Source: Bacteroidota bacterium (GTDB lineage Bacteria > Bacteroidota > Bacteroidia > Bacteroidales > VadinHA17). Taken from it: 64,000 nucleotides of DNA. Made by a program: the position numbers and the translations under genes. Location: positions 199,027 to 263,026 of the forward strand of contig JADKBL010000003.1 in NCBI GenBank assembly GCA_016718875.1. Reading direction: 5' to 3'. How positions within the stretch are numbered: position 1 is the first letter of the stretch; every line of letters starts with the position of its first letter. Under the pieces are notes generated by a model. The model saw only the letters and a list, made by a program, of their open reading frames with translations. It had not been told where the DNA came from and did not search any database. Positions 20,178 to 29,022 of the stretch are shown piece by piece.

Positions 20178-20418
20178 TCATTCAAACTGTGAATCGAGCA
20201 TTCTCTTTCCAATGTCAGTGATTACATAAATTTTCCTTTCTGTTTTCCAACCGGGATTTACAACCTTTTTTCACAAGGCCAATGACGGCACTTATGTTCA
20301 TTCTTTCCAACTTCTCTTCAAGGCCCTCCAAAATGGTTACGCCATAAGCTTCATCATGCTGGGCGGCTACCATGAGCAGTACCAGTTCTTCAAATTCACC
20401 GAGAGTATGTTGTTTCAT
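20178..20418 (-). pseudogene. Frameshifted PadR-family transcriptional regulator
   Basis: The N-terminus MKQHTLGEFEELVLLMVAAQHDEAYGVTILEGLEEKL is PadR-like. The frame breaks near 20245. A typical C-terminus (KTERKIYVITDIGKRMLDSQFE*) continues in another frame to a stop at 20178-20180. Confidence 0.7.
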
Positions 20419-20537
20419 CGGGCAGTTATTTACTTAACGAATGTAAAAGTAATATATATTTTTCATATATGTTAAGTAAATGGAAATAAATTTATGGCTT
20501 TGACAAAACCCACCTCGGATTCAGGGGTAAAATATAT

Positions 20538-20571
20538 CAGGAACATGCTATGGCATGTTCCTGTTTTTTTT
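20538..20571 (+). terminator. Hairpin plus T8 tract (rho-independent terminator-like) just upstream of dprA
   Basis: CAGGAACATGC-TATG-GCATGTTCCTG is followed by TTTTTTTT. The stem is a variant of the hairpin at 58347-58368. Confidence 0.5.
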
Positions 20572-20599
20572 ATCTTTAAATGTCTCAATTTCTCGTGCT

Positions 20600-21706
20600 A
20601 TGTCAGAAGTATCTCTTAAGCATAAAATTGCTCTGGGGCTCATTCCGCGTATCGGTGATATAAATGCCCGCAAGCTTGTTTCTCATTTTGGAAGTGTTGA
20701 AGCAATATTCAGTGAACCTTACAGAAATGTAATTAAAATCCCTGGCATAGGTGCAGGTCTTGCCAGCTATATCTGTGAAAGGTCATACCTTGAGATAGCC
20801 GAAAAGGAGGCAGAGTGGGTAACTAAAAACGGTATCCGTACATACTTCTATCTCGACAGTGATTATCCTTACAGGTTAAGACAATGTGATGATTCACCGG
20901 TTGTTTTCTTTTTCAGGGGAGAATGCGATCTTGACTCTCCTAAATTATTAAGTGTTGTTGGTACACGTAATTCTACAGCTAGAGGCAAAGAGCTGTGTGA
21001 AAAGATTATCGGAGGTCTTGCTGAGGGGCATCCTGATCTTATAATCGTAAGCGGACTGGCATATGGCATTGACATTGCCGCTCACAAGGCAGCACTTGCC
21101 AGCAACATCAGGACAATCGGGGTACTGGCACACGGTCTTAAAACAACCTATCCTTCCCTGCACTCATCAACTGCAAAAACAATGATTTCCAACGGAGGTC
21201 TGCTCACTGATTTTCTCTCAGATGCACTTCCTGAACGTAATAATTTTCTTAAACGAAACAGGATAATTGCGGGTTTATCGGATGCCACTCTTGTAGTGGA
21301 ATCCGGAATAAAGGGAGGCGCTCTGATAACAGCTGATATTGCAGCCTCATACAACAGGGATGTTTTTGCTGTTCCGGGAAGGCCTGACGACCAGTGGTCT
21401 TCCGGATGCAACAGTCTCATCAAAACCAATAAGGCAGCTCTTGCTGAAAGCTCAGATGACATCGAGTACTTCCTTGGCTGGAAACCGGAAAAGAGCAAAC
21501 CTCCTGTTCAGCGATCACTTTTCTCCGACCTCGATGAACAGGAAAAAACGATATATGAGCTTATTTCAAAAGAAGGAGAATTGGCAATTGACTCTATTTG
21601 CCGGACTTTGGGTATTCCTGTCCATAAACTCTCATCACAGCTGTTACAGATGGAGTTCAAGGGGATTCTTAAGTGTTATCCGGGGAATATTTACAAGGCG
21701 GTTTGA
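20600..21706 (+). CDS. dprA: DNA-processing protein DprA
   Basis: The Rossmann-like core reads VVGTRNSTARGKE...SGLAYGIDIAAHKAAL...GGALITA. I place the start at the ATG at 20600 (MSEVSLKHKIAL). The ORF-track start at 20555 overlaps the terminator hairpin. Confidence 0.88.
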   Translation: MSEVSLKHKIALGLIPRIGDINARKLVSHFGSVEAIFSEPYRNVIKIPGIGAGLASYICERSYLEIAEKEAEWVTKNGIRTYFYLDSDYPYRLRQCDDSPVVFFFRGECDLDSPKLLSVVGTRNSTARGKELCEKIIGGLAEGHPDLIIVSGLAYGIDIAAHKAALASNIRTIGVLAHGLKTTYPSLHSSTAKTMISNGGLLTDFLSDALPERNNFLKRNRIIAGLSDATLVVESGIKGGALITADIAASYNRDVFAVPGRPDDQWSSGCNSLIKTNKAALAESSDDIEYFLGWKPEKSKPPVQRSLFSDLDEQEKTIYELISKEGELAIDSICRTLGIPVHKLSSQLLQMEFKGILKCYPGNIYKAV

Positions 21707-21825
21707 CCGGTAACCGGTAACCGGTTACCGGGTGCCGGGTCCTAAACTATAATCCCAATTTCCTGATATATGTATTGAATCAGTAAACTTTTATATATTT
21801 TTATGAAATATACCGGGTGCCGGGT
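21707..21825. repeat. CCGGKWR heptamer array/palindrome and a 15-nt direct repeat
   Basis: 21707-21742 reads CCGGTAA CCGGTAA CCGGTTA CCGGGTG CCGGGTC and contains the perfect palindrome CCGGTAACCGGTTACCGG. TACCGGGTGCCGGGT occurs at both 21726-21740 and 21811-21825. Confidence 0.8.
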
Positions 21826-21904
21826 AATAACAAAAACATGAAATGCGGCAGGCAGCAGTCTGATTCAGATGTTGCAGTTGTCATAATGAACTGGAAATTC
21901 AACG

Positions 21905-22672
21905 ATGCCATTTATTGATACACATACACATCTTTATCTTCCTGAATTTAATGAAGACAGGGATGAAGCAATAGAGAGGGCTGTCACTGCAGGGGTATCC
22001 AAAATGCTAATGCCTAATATTGATATACATTCTGTCGGCAGAATGCTGGAGACAGAAAACCGCTATAAAAGCGTATGTTATTCAATGATAGGTCTTCATC
22101 CCACCTCAGTTAAAGAGGATTATCTTTCACAGCTGGAAGAGCTTGAAAATATCTTTACCCGATACAAATTCATTGCAATAGGTGAAATTGGAATTGATCT
22201 TTACTGGGATAAGACTTTCCTTGCTGAACAGATTATTGCCTTCCGAAGACAGATTGCTTTCGCACTTGAACGAAATCTGCCTGTTGTGATACATGCCAGG
22301 GACTCATTCCCTGAGGTTTTTTCTGTTCTGGAGGAGTTTGCAGGACAAGGGTCAAAAGGAGTCCTTCATGCTTTCACAGGAAATAATGATGATGCAAAAA
22401 GAGGCATCGCCCTCGGGTTTAAACTTGGCATTGGAGGTATTGTAACATTTAAAAACTCAGGTCTTGACAAGGTCCTGGAAAATATTAAGCCTGAAGATAT
22501 TATCCTTGAGACAGATTCACCCTATCTTGCACCGGTACCACACAGGGGAAAACGAAATGAGAGTTCGTTTCTTTGCATTATTAATAAAAAGATTGCAGAT
22601 ATTTACGGAATGAAAGAGGAGGAATTGGAGAATATAACTTATGCCACTTCTTCAAGCCTTTTCAATCTTTGA
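21905..22672 (+). CDS. TatD-family metal-dependent hydrolase
   Basis: 255 aa with an N-terminal IDTHTHL motif and the conserved His/Asp pattern of the TatD TIM barrel. Confidence 0.9.
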   Translation: MPFIDTHTHLYLPEFNEDRDEAIERAVTAGVSKMLMPNIDIHSVGRMLETENRYKSVCYSMIGLHPTSVKEDYLSQLEELENIFTRYKFIAIGEIGIDLYWDKTFLAEQIIAFRRQIAFALERNLPVVIHARDSFPEVFSVLEEFAGQGSKGVLHAFTGNNDDAKRGIALGFKLGIGGIVTFKNSGLDKVLENIKPEDIILETDSPYLAPVPHRGKRNESSFLCIINKKIADIYGMKEEELENITYATSSSLFNL

Positions 22673-22681
22673 AAGTCCCAT

Positions 22682-23722
22682 ATGAAAAAAACAAGTAAAG
22701 AGACCTCCCTGCTGATAATCTACACAGGAGGAACCATCGGAATGGTTCATGATCCGGAAACCGGATCGCTTGTCCCGATTGACTTCAGATATATTTCGGA
22801 GCATGTCCCTGAATTAAAAAAATTCGGTTATGATCTCCATTCGGTATCATTTGATCCTGTTATTGATTCATCAAATATTGATCCGGGTGTATGGGTAAGA
22901 ATGGCAGATATCATCGAGGAGAGGTATGATGATTTTGACGGATTTGTTGTTCTGCACGGAACTGATACAATGGCCTACAGCGCCTCTGCCCTTAGCTTCA
23001 TGCTGGAAAACCTTAATAAACCTGTGATACTGACCGGATCGCAACTCCCCATTGGACTGCTCAGAACTGATGGTAAAGAGAACCTTATCAATGCAATTGA
23101 AATTGCTGCTGCAAAGGAGAACGGAGCTGCTGCAGTACCTGAAGTTTGCATCTATTTCGACAACAAACTATCACGTGGGAACCGGACAACAAAGTTGAGT
23201 GCTGAGCATTTTGATGCATTCAATTCTCCCAACTATCCCTTTATTGCAGAGGTAGGCCTGCACCTTAAATACAACAGGAATCATATTACCCTTCCTCAGA
23301 AAAACCACAAACTGATTGTGAATAAGGTTTTCAATACAAATGTTGCAATACTGAAACTCTTCCCGGGAATAACGAGGAACCTTGTGCAGGCTATTGTAAA
23401 TACCAAAGGTCTGAAAGGACTTATAATTGAGACATTCGGCTCAGGCAATGCACCTACCTATGACTGGTTCCTTGAGGAACTTCTCAGATTCATTAAGAAA
23501 GGAGGCATCATACTCAATGTAACACAATGCCATGGAGGCAGTGTTGAGATGGGACTTTATGAGACAAGCAGGCAGATGCTTTCGGCCGGCGTTGTAAGCG
23601 GGAAGGACATAACATCTGAGGCTTCGGTGACCAAGCTGATGTATCTGCTGGGAAAATACACATCGAGGGAGGATGTTATAAAAGGTCTGAACAGATCACT
23701 TGCAGGAGAAATATCCTTTTAG
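22682..23722 (+). CDS. ansA: Type I (cytoplasmic) L-asparaginase
   Basis: 346 aa with the YTGGTIGM threonine motif and HGTDTM. Confidence 0.88.
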   Translation: MKKTSKETSLLIIYTGGTIGMVHDPETGSLVPIDFRYISEHVPELKKFGYDLHSVSFDPVIDSSNIDPGVWVRMADIIEERYDDFDGFVVLHGTDTMAYSASALSFMLENLNKPVILTGSQLPIGLLRTDGKENLINAIEIAAAKENGAAAVPEVCIYFDNKLSRGNRTTKLSAEHFDAFNSPNYPFIAEVGLHLKYNRNHITLPQKNHKLIVNKVFNTNVAILKLFPGITRNLVQAIVNTKGLKGLIIETFGSGNAPTYDWFLEELLRFIKKGGIILNVTQCHGGSVEMGLYETSRQMLSAGVVSGKDITSEASVTKLMYLLGKYTSREDVIKGLNRSLAGEISF

Positions 23723-23749
23723 TAATTTTACGCCCCCAAAGTAACCATT

Positions 23750-23837
23750 GGAGAGATGCAGGAGTGGTTTAACTGGCACGCCTGGAAAGCGTGTGTTCCT
23801 CAAAAGGGAACCGGGGGTTCGAATCCCCCTCTCTCCG
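23750..23837 (+). tRNA. tRNA-Ser (anticodon GGA)
   Basis: I folded it by hand. The acceptor stem is GGAGAGA/TCTCTCC with discriminator G. The anticodon stem is CACGC/GCGTG with loop CTGGAAA. There is a long variable arm and a T arm GGGGG-TTCGAAT-CCCCC. Length is 88 nt and CCA is not encoded. Confidence 0.9.
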
Positions 23838-23851
23838 CAAAGCTTAAATGA

Positions 23852-23886
23852 AATCCTCCGCCAACAGGCGGAGGATTATTTGTTTT
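23852..23886 (+). terminator. Rho-independent terminator after tRNA-Ser
   Basis: AATCCTCCGCC-AACA-GGCGGAGGATT followed by ATTTGTTTT. Confidence 0.7.
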
Positions 23887-23927
23887 ATCAAAGACACAAG
23901 GAAAGCTCGCGTTCCGCAGTGGCAGCA

Positions 23928-23958
23928 GATAAAACAAATAAAAAACCCCGCAGGGGTT
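23928..23958 (-). terminator. Rho-independent terminator after the alpha/beta-hydrolase gene
   Basis: The minus strand reads AACCCC-TGC-GGGGTT then TTTTTATTTGTTTT, starting at the stop codon. Confidence 0.6.
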
Positions 23959-26072
23959 CATTTAAGCTTTGCAGGACGGTCCCTCCCGGGATCACCACAG
24001 GTAATCCCCCTCTCCACAACAATCTTCCTCCCGGCCAGCAATAACTCAAGATCAGGCAGATCATAGTACTTAAGCACACAGGGTACGATCACTCCAAGAT
24101 TATCAGGTGTAAAGTGTGTTCTGACTATAGTTTCCCAGGAATCCAGTGTATTCATGAGATATACTTTTGAGAAACCGCCATCTATTAAAGCTGCATGTAT
24201 AGCTGCCGGTCCGGCTTGATCCGAAGCAAAAAGTTCTGTACTACTATCTGTTTTCAGCACCGTTCGCAGGTAGTTCCTTGCAATTACCATATCTTCAGCC
24301 CTGTAGCCAAGTAATGTCTTACCTGCGTAAATGGGAAGTTTTGCCACAAAAAACTCATAATTTAACTGTGCACCGTTTTCTGGTGTCCTCAGCTCCCCTG
24401 TATTTGTCACATCCACAACCATTACGGCATAACCTTCACTTATTTTCTGAAAAATAAATTTTTGGTTTTTCGAGATCTCATTCATTTTTCCGAAACAACC
24501 TGAAATAATTATTGTCGGATTTCCTTTGATCCTGATCTTTCCAGGTTTGATTATCAGTGCCGGTAATTTTAGATTCCTGTCCCGGTTAATGAGATGCTTC
24601 TCAATCTTAAGTCCTTCCCAATTAAAGGTACCTTCATAACTGCCGCCATTAATATTGCCCGGATTTTGATATCCAATCAGTTCAGCAGCTTTCTCAGATA
24701 TCTCAGAACCTGTACTATTTTCTAAAAACTCCATTTTCTTCTTTCTGACCTGTTCCAGCATTTCAACTGCATAATCAAGGATGCTTTTTTCTCCTTTAAA
24801 ATATGACAATACCTGTCCAGTAGCAGTGACATATGTTTCCTTCAAAGGGATCAAAGGATATCTCAGAGTATCTGCATCAATAACAGACGAATCACCTTTC
24901 AGCCACCAGTTCATCCACCGCACATTTGCCTCGAGTGAAACCTGTGGCATTCCATGATCGCCCGGAGCAGCAAATTGTCTTGTTCGCTCAGCTGCACCGA
25001 GGACTTTATACATTTCATGAAGTTCAGAAGCTGCAGTCTTTGATCCTTTATATGAAAAGAAATCATCATATGTTGAAAGGATCTGAACCGGCATTGGTGC
25101 AGACATGAAAAGGAAATCCTGCTCTTCAATTCCGGCTTTTCCTTCTGAATAAAGTTGCTGGCATCCATCCTGACTTCCGATCGTGCGGAACTTTTCTTCA
25201 GTGGTTGCAATGTAACTGCTGGGGACAGATACTTTTATCCTTGGATCGAGGGGTGCAAGATAAGTTGCCTGGGTTCCTCCGCCCGACAGTCCTGTTATAC
25301 CTATTTTTGTCACATCAACCTCACTCCTGCTGCACAGATAATCAATACTTCTTATATTATCCCATGCTTCCCATGCAACCATTGTCGAGCCAAGCAGGAG
25401 TAACTTCTCATTATATAGTTCATGCTGACTTGTTGTGCTCTGACATAATGAGTTCCCAATGACATCAGGGTACTTCCCCTGTAAAATCTGACATCTCTCT
25501 CCCTGGCAGACAGGGTCAACCTGCAGTACCACATACCCGTTTAATGCAAAGTATCTTCCGATTGTCTGATAAACACCTCTCCCCTTTGCATCATATGAAT
25601 GTCCTGGCATATGCAGAACAGCGGGAAATGGTCCTTTCCCTTTTGGAAGATAGAGCAGTGCTGTAACATGATGATTTGGTCTGCTTTCAAATGCTACTTT
25701 CTCGACAACATATTTTTCATTTTCAATTTTTCCTGTTACAAGCGGATTAAGAGGTGTTTTCTCAGGAAACGGCCCCAGCAATTTTATGTATTCCGCCTTG
25801 ATTTTATCGAGATATAAGATCAGCTTCTCCCGTGATTTCAGGCTCTCTGCCACTCTTTTTCTCCTTGAATCAAATTGCTCCTTCAGTATTCCGTTCAGGA
25901 AATAATTATACTGGACCGAATCAAGCTTCCCTGAAAAAAGATACGACTCACTGAGAGGAATCAGATCGGGAATTTTTATGGGAGAAATCTGACCCTGCAA
26001 TAACTGCATCGAAACAAATGCTAAAATCAAAGCAAATGAAGATCCAGTAATTCTTTTGTTTATCTCTTTCAT
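23958..26072 (-). CDS. Secreted alpha/beta-hydrolase (acetyl-xylan-esterase/peptidase S9-like fold)
   Basis: 704 aa with a signal peptide and the nucleophile elbow GLSGGG. The region before the elbow reads PFPAVLHMPGHS. Substrate is unknown. Confidence 0.6.
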   Translation of the reverse strand: MKEINKRITGSSFALILAFVSMQLLQGQISPIKIPDLIPLSESYLFSGKLDSVQYNYFLNGILKEQFDSRRKRVAESLKSREKLILYLDKIKAEYIKLLGPFPEKTPLNPLVTGKIENEKYVVEKVAFESRPNHHVTALLYLPKGKGPFPAVLHMPGHSYDAKGRGVYQTIGRYFALNGYVVLQVDPVCQGERCQILQGKYPDVIGNSLCQSTTSQHELYNEKLLLLGSTMVAWEAWDNIRSIDYLCSRSEVDVTKIGITGLSGGGTQATYLAPLDPRIKVSVPSSYIATTEEKFRTIGSQDGCQQLYSEGKAGIEEQDFLFMSAPMPVQILSTYDDFFSYKGSKTAASELHEMYKVLGAAERTRQFAAPGDHGMPQVSLEANVRWMNWWLKGDSSVIDADTLRYPLIPLKETYVTATGQVLSYFKGEKSILDYAVEMLEQVRKKKMEFLENSTGSEISEKAAELIGYQNPGNINGGSYEGTFNWEGLKIEKHLINRDRNLKLPALIIKPGKIRIKGNPTIIISGCFGKMNEISKNQKFIFQKISEGYAVMVVDVTNTGELRTPENGAQLNYEFFVAKLPIYAGKTLLGYRAEDMVIARNYLRTVLKTDSSTELFASDQAGPAAIHAALIDGGFSKVYLMNTLDSWETIVRTHFTPDNLGVIVPCVLKYYDLPDLELLLAGRKIVVERGITCGDPGRDRPAKLK

Positions 26073-26100
26073 ACGATAGTTTCAAAATACTTTACAGCTC

Positions 26101-27951
26101 CTAATCCGATCCCCAGCCTGAACTCTTTATGTTTTCAACCGGGATAAGTGTAAGCGACCTCAGATACATCAGCCAGGAATCACTGACATCCTTTGGCCTG
26201 ATTTTCACAGTAAAATTTCCAGATGAAGTAAGTTCGGCATAACCAACAGGAAACTCCTGAAATTCAAACAACTCCCCGGTGCAGCTTACAGTTCTTTCAA
26301 ATCGCTTATCTCCTATAAATATTTCAAATTTCATCCCTTCCCATTCCCGCGGTGCCGAATAGGAAATATCTAATCTGAATTTGCCGGGCTTGTCAGCACT
26401 GACAATCCATTCTGCAAAATCTTCAGGACCCTTCCATTTTGATATATGAAACCCGCCTTTCCGGTTGAAACGTGTAACTGCATTCCCGTGAGTTATTGCA
26501 TTCAGACAGGTCAGTTCATATTTCCCGTTTTCTCCGGGTCTTACTGGTTGCGGATCAACTTCAAGAGGCCCTTCTGTCTCAAGTACAATAACAGACAAAG
26601 GATAATCCGGCGGTGCATCAGGAAGCTCAATGCTTACATTTTTCTCATTCACTTTAACTGACAGCTTTACATCTCTTTCATTCAGAGGATAAACCATAGT
26701 GATTTTATTTTTCAGACCCGTAATATTCAGAACTCCATCAGTTGGCCAATCCCGGATAAAGAGATATAGTTTATTTTCTTTAACCGTACAGTAACCCCAT
26801 GGCAATTCCCCGAACGGACTTGATTCAGTTCCGTAAATTGCCTCTCCGTTCCTCTCAATCCACGATCCTGCTTTATTTAGAATATCGACTGTTGCTGACG
26901 GAATTTCGCCACTGCCTTTTGGTCCGATATTCAGAAGAAAGTTACCCCCCCTGCTCACAATTTCCACAAGCCTCTGAATAACAGTCGCCGGACTTTTCCA
27001 GAGTGTGTCATATTTGCTGAAGCCCCATGTTGTATTTAGTGTCATAGGAGTTTCCCAGTACTCTTCAATACCACCCGCAGGCATTCCGTTGTCACTCATG
27101 CTCTGATAATCGCCTATGAACTCCTGATCATAATGACCAACTCTTCCGTTTATCAGAGTTGATGGCTGCAGATCATGAACAAGCTTTACAAACTCCAGTC
27201 CCTGTTCCGGTGTATACATTCCGCGGTCGAACCAGACAAGTCCCACAGGACCGTAAGCGGTTAGCAACTCCCTTAACTGAGGTTTGGCTTTCTCTTCAAG
27301 ATAATTATCAAATTTCTGATGATCATAAAAATCCGGGCCCCGGTCATTATCATAATCCCAGTCATTGCCATAGCCCCCCGGATGATCCCAGTCCTCACGA
27401 TGTGAATAATAAACACAGAATTTGATACCTGCTTCTTTGCAGGAAATCGACAATTCTTTCAGAGGATCCCTTTTGAAAGGAGTCCAGTCAGATATATTGT
27501 ATTCTGAAGCTTCGGAATGATACATTGCAAATCCATCGTGATGCTTTGCAGTTATAACAATGTATTTCATTCCGGCACGTTTTGCAAGACTGACAATTGA
27601 GTCTGCATTGAACATAACAGGATTAAAGCTATGGGCAAGATCACGGTATTCCTGAGCCGGGATCTTAAGTTCCTTCATGATCCATTCAGCATTTTTCCCG
27701 ACAGGCACTCTCTGTCCTTTATATTCCCCTGCCAGCTGAGAATATGGTCCCCAGTGAATGAACATCCCGAATTTCGCCTCTTTGAACCAGTCGAGGCGGT
27801 GAACATCTTCCGTTTCAGATTGACTGATATCCTTAGTGCCCGATTTATTGTCAATTAAGTTTTTACACCCGGACAGAATCATCAATTGGATACTTAAAAA
27901 GAGAAGACACAATTTAAAAAGTCTGGTCAGTGAAAAGAAGGGTTTATTCAT
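26101..27951 (-). CDS. Alpha-L-fucosidase (GH29) with C-terminal beta-sandwich domain
   Basis: 616 aa with lipobox ILSGC and the GH29 hallmarks WFKEAKFGMFIHWGPYS and KHHDGFAMYHS. Confidence 0.88.
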   Translation of the reverse strand: MNKPFFSLTRLFKLCLLFLSIQLMILSGCKNLIDNKSGTKDISQSETEDVHRLDWFKEAKFGMFIHWGPYSQLAGEYKGQRVPVGKNAEWIMKELKIPAQEYRDLAHSFNPVMFNADSIVSLAKRAGMKYIVITAKHHDGFAMYHSEASEYNISDWTPFKRDPLKELSISCKEAGIKFCVYYSHREDWDHPGGYGNDWDYDNDRGPDFYDHQKFDNYLEEKAKPQLRELLTAYGPVGLVWFDRGMYTPEQGLEFVKLVHDLQPSTLINGRVGHYDQEFIGDYQSMSDNGMPAGGIEEYWETPMTLNTTWGFSKYDTLWKSPATVIQRLVEIVSRGGNFLLNIGPKGSGEIPSATVDILNKAGSWIERNGEAIYGTESSPFGELPWGYCTVKENKLYLFIRDWPTDGVLNITGLKNKITMVYPLNERDVKLSVKVNEKNVSIELPDAPPDYPLSVIVLETEGPLEVDPQPVRPGENGKYELTCLNAITHGNAVTRFNRKGGFHISKWKGPEDFAEWIVSADKPGKFRLDISYSAPREWEGMKFEIFIGDKRFERTVSCTGELFEFQEFPVGYAELTSSGNFTVKIRPKDVSDSWLMYLRSLTLIPVENIKSSGWGSD

Positions 27952-28168
27952 ATTTCTAATATTAATGAATAAATGAATATCTAAAAACCATTAACATATA
28001 TTCAAAAATCGCTTGAAAATCAATTAAATATTTTCTTCGATTACTGATATTCATAATTTATTAAATTTAGTAATATTCAGGTAAATATTATTGCCTTATA
28101 ACACCTTCGATGAATATTTTTCTAATTTTAAATTGACTTATAATGATAAATAAAATTACAATTTGAAT

Positions 28169-29008
28169 ATGATATTAACAGACAATATTCATCTGTTACA
28201 GATTGATTTTGAAATAGCTATAAGCCCTGAGAAAAATCTTCCCCGATTTGTAAATGTAATTCTGATTTTTGGAGAAAAGATCACCCTCATTGATACAGGA
28301 GTAAAGGGTAGCCACGAAAAGATCTTTGAGTACATAAAACAAAACAACAGGGATTACAATGAAATTGAAAGAGTGATATTATCTCATTCCCACCCCGATC
28401 ATATTGGTTCTGCGTGTAAAATCAAGGAGCTGACAAATTGTAAGATCCTTGCTCATAAATATGAGGCAGAATGGATTGAAAACATTGAGATTCAGAACAT
28501 GCAAAGACCAGTTCCGGGTTTCTTTAATCTTGTCGATCAGCCGGTTAAAATTGATGTTTTATTAAAAGGCGGAGAGGAATTGAAGATCAGCAAAGATGTT
28601 ACCTTACAGATAATTAATTCGCCTGGACACTCCCGAGGATCGGTAAATATTGAGTTCATGGAAGATCATATCCTCTTTACGGCTGATTCTGTACCCCTGA
28701 AAAATGACATCCCGAATTATGACAGCTATAAGGAGCTGATGGTTTCTCTGAAAGCCATAAAAGAGAATACCCGCTGCAATACACTTCTCACATCCTGGAC
28801 ACCTCCGTTAAGATTCAGATCAGAAATTGAAAATTTAATTTCTGAAGGTGAGGAGTATATTAAGAAGATAGACCGGGCGGTTCAGGAAACATATACCGGT
28901 CAGGAATCAGAACCATTTCAATTCTGCCGGAGAACAATAGAGAAGCTGGGATTGCCGCCCTTCCTTGCCAATCACATTACAGACAGGGCATTCAGAAGTC
29001 ATATTTAA
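28169..29008 (+). CDS. MBL-fold metallo-hydrolase
   Basis: Contains the HSHPDH zinc motif. I place the start at the ATG at 28169. The ORF-track start at 28163 is a TTG. Confidence 0.8.
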   Translation: MILTDNIHLLQIDFEIAISPEKNLPRFVNVILIFGEKITLIDTGVKGSHEKIFEYIKQNNRDYNEIERVILSHSHPDHIGSACKIKELTNCKILAHKYEAEWIENIEIQNMQRPVPGFFNLVDQPVKIDVLLKGGEELKISKDVTLQIINSPGHSRGSVNIEFMEDHILFTADSVPLKNDIPNYDSYKELMVSLKAIKENTRCNTLLTSWTPPLRFRSEIENLISEGEEYIKKIDRAVQETYTGQESEPFQFCRRTIEKLGLPPFLANHITDRAFRSHI

Positions 29009-29022
29009 ATCATTTTAATACC

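Noticed and set aside
23750-23837. tRNA-Ser and tRNA-Arg (58375-58447) as integration sites of a genomic island or prophage
   Set aside because: I found no integrase, recombinase, phage or transposase ORF, and no duplicated tRNA 3' segment (att-like direct repeat) anywhere in the window.
23748-24079. ORFs 23748-24044, 23848-24066 and 23888-24079
   Set aside because: They overlap tRNA-Ser, its terminator and the 3' end of the hydrolase gene. Their sequences are explained by those features.
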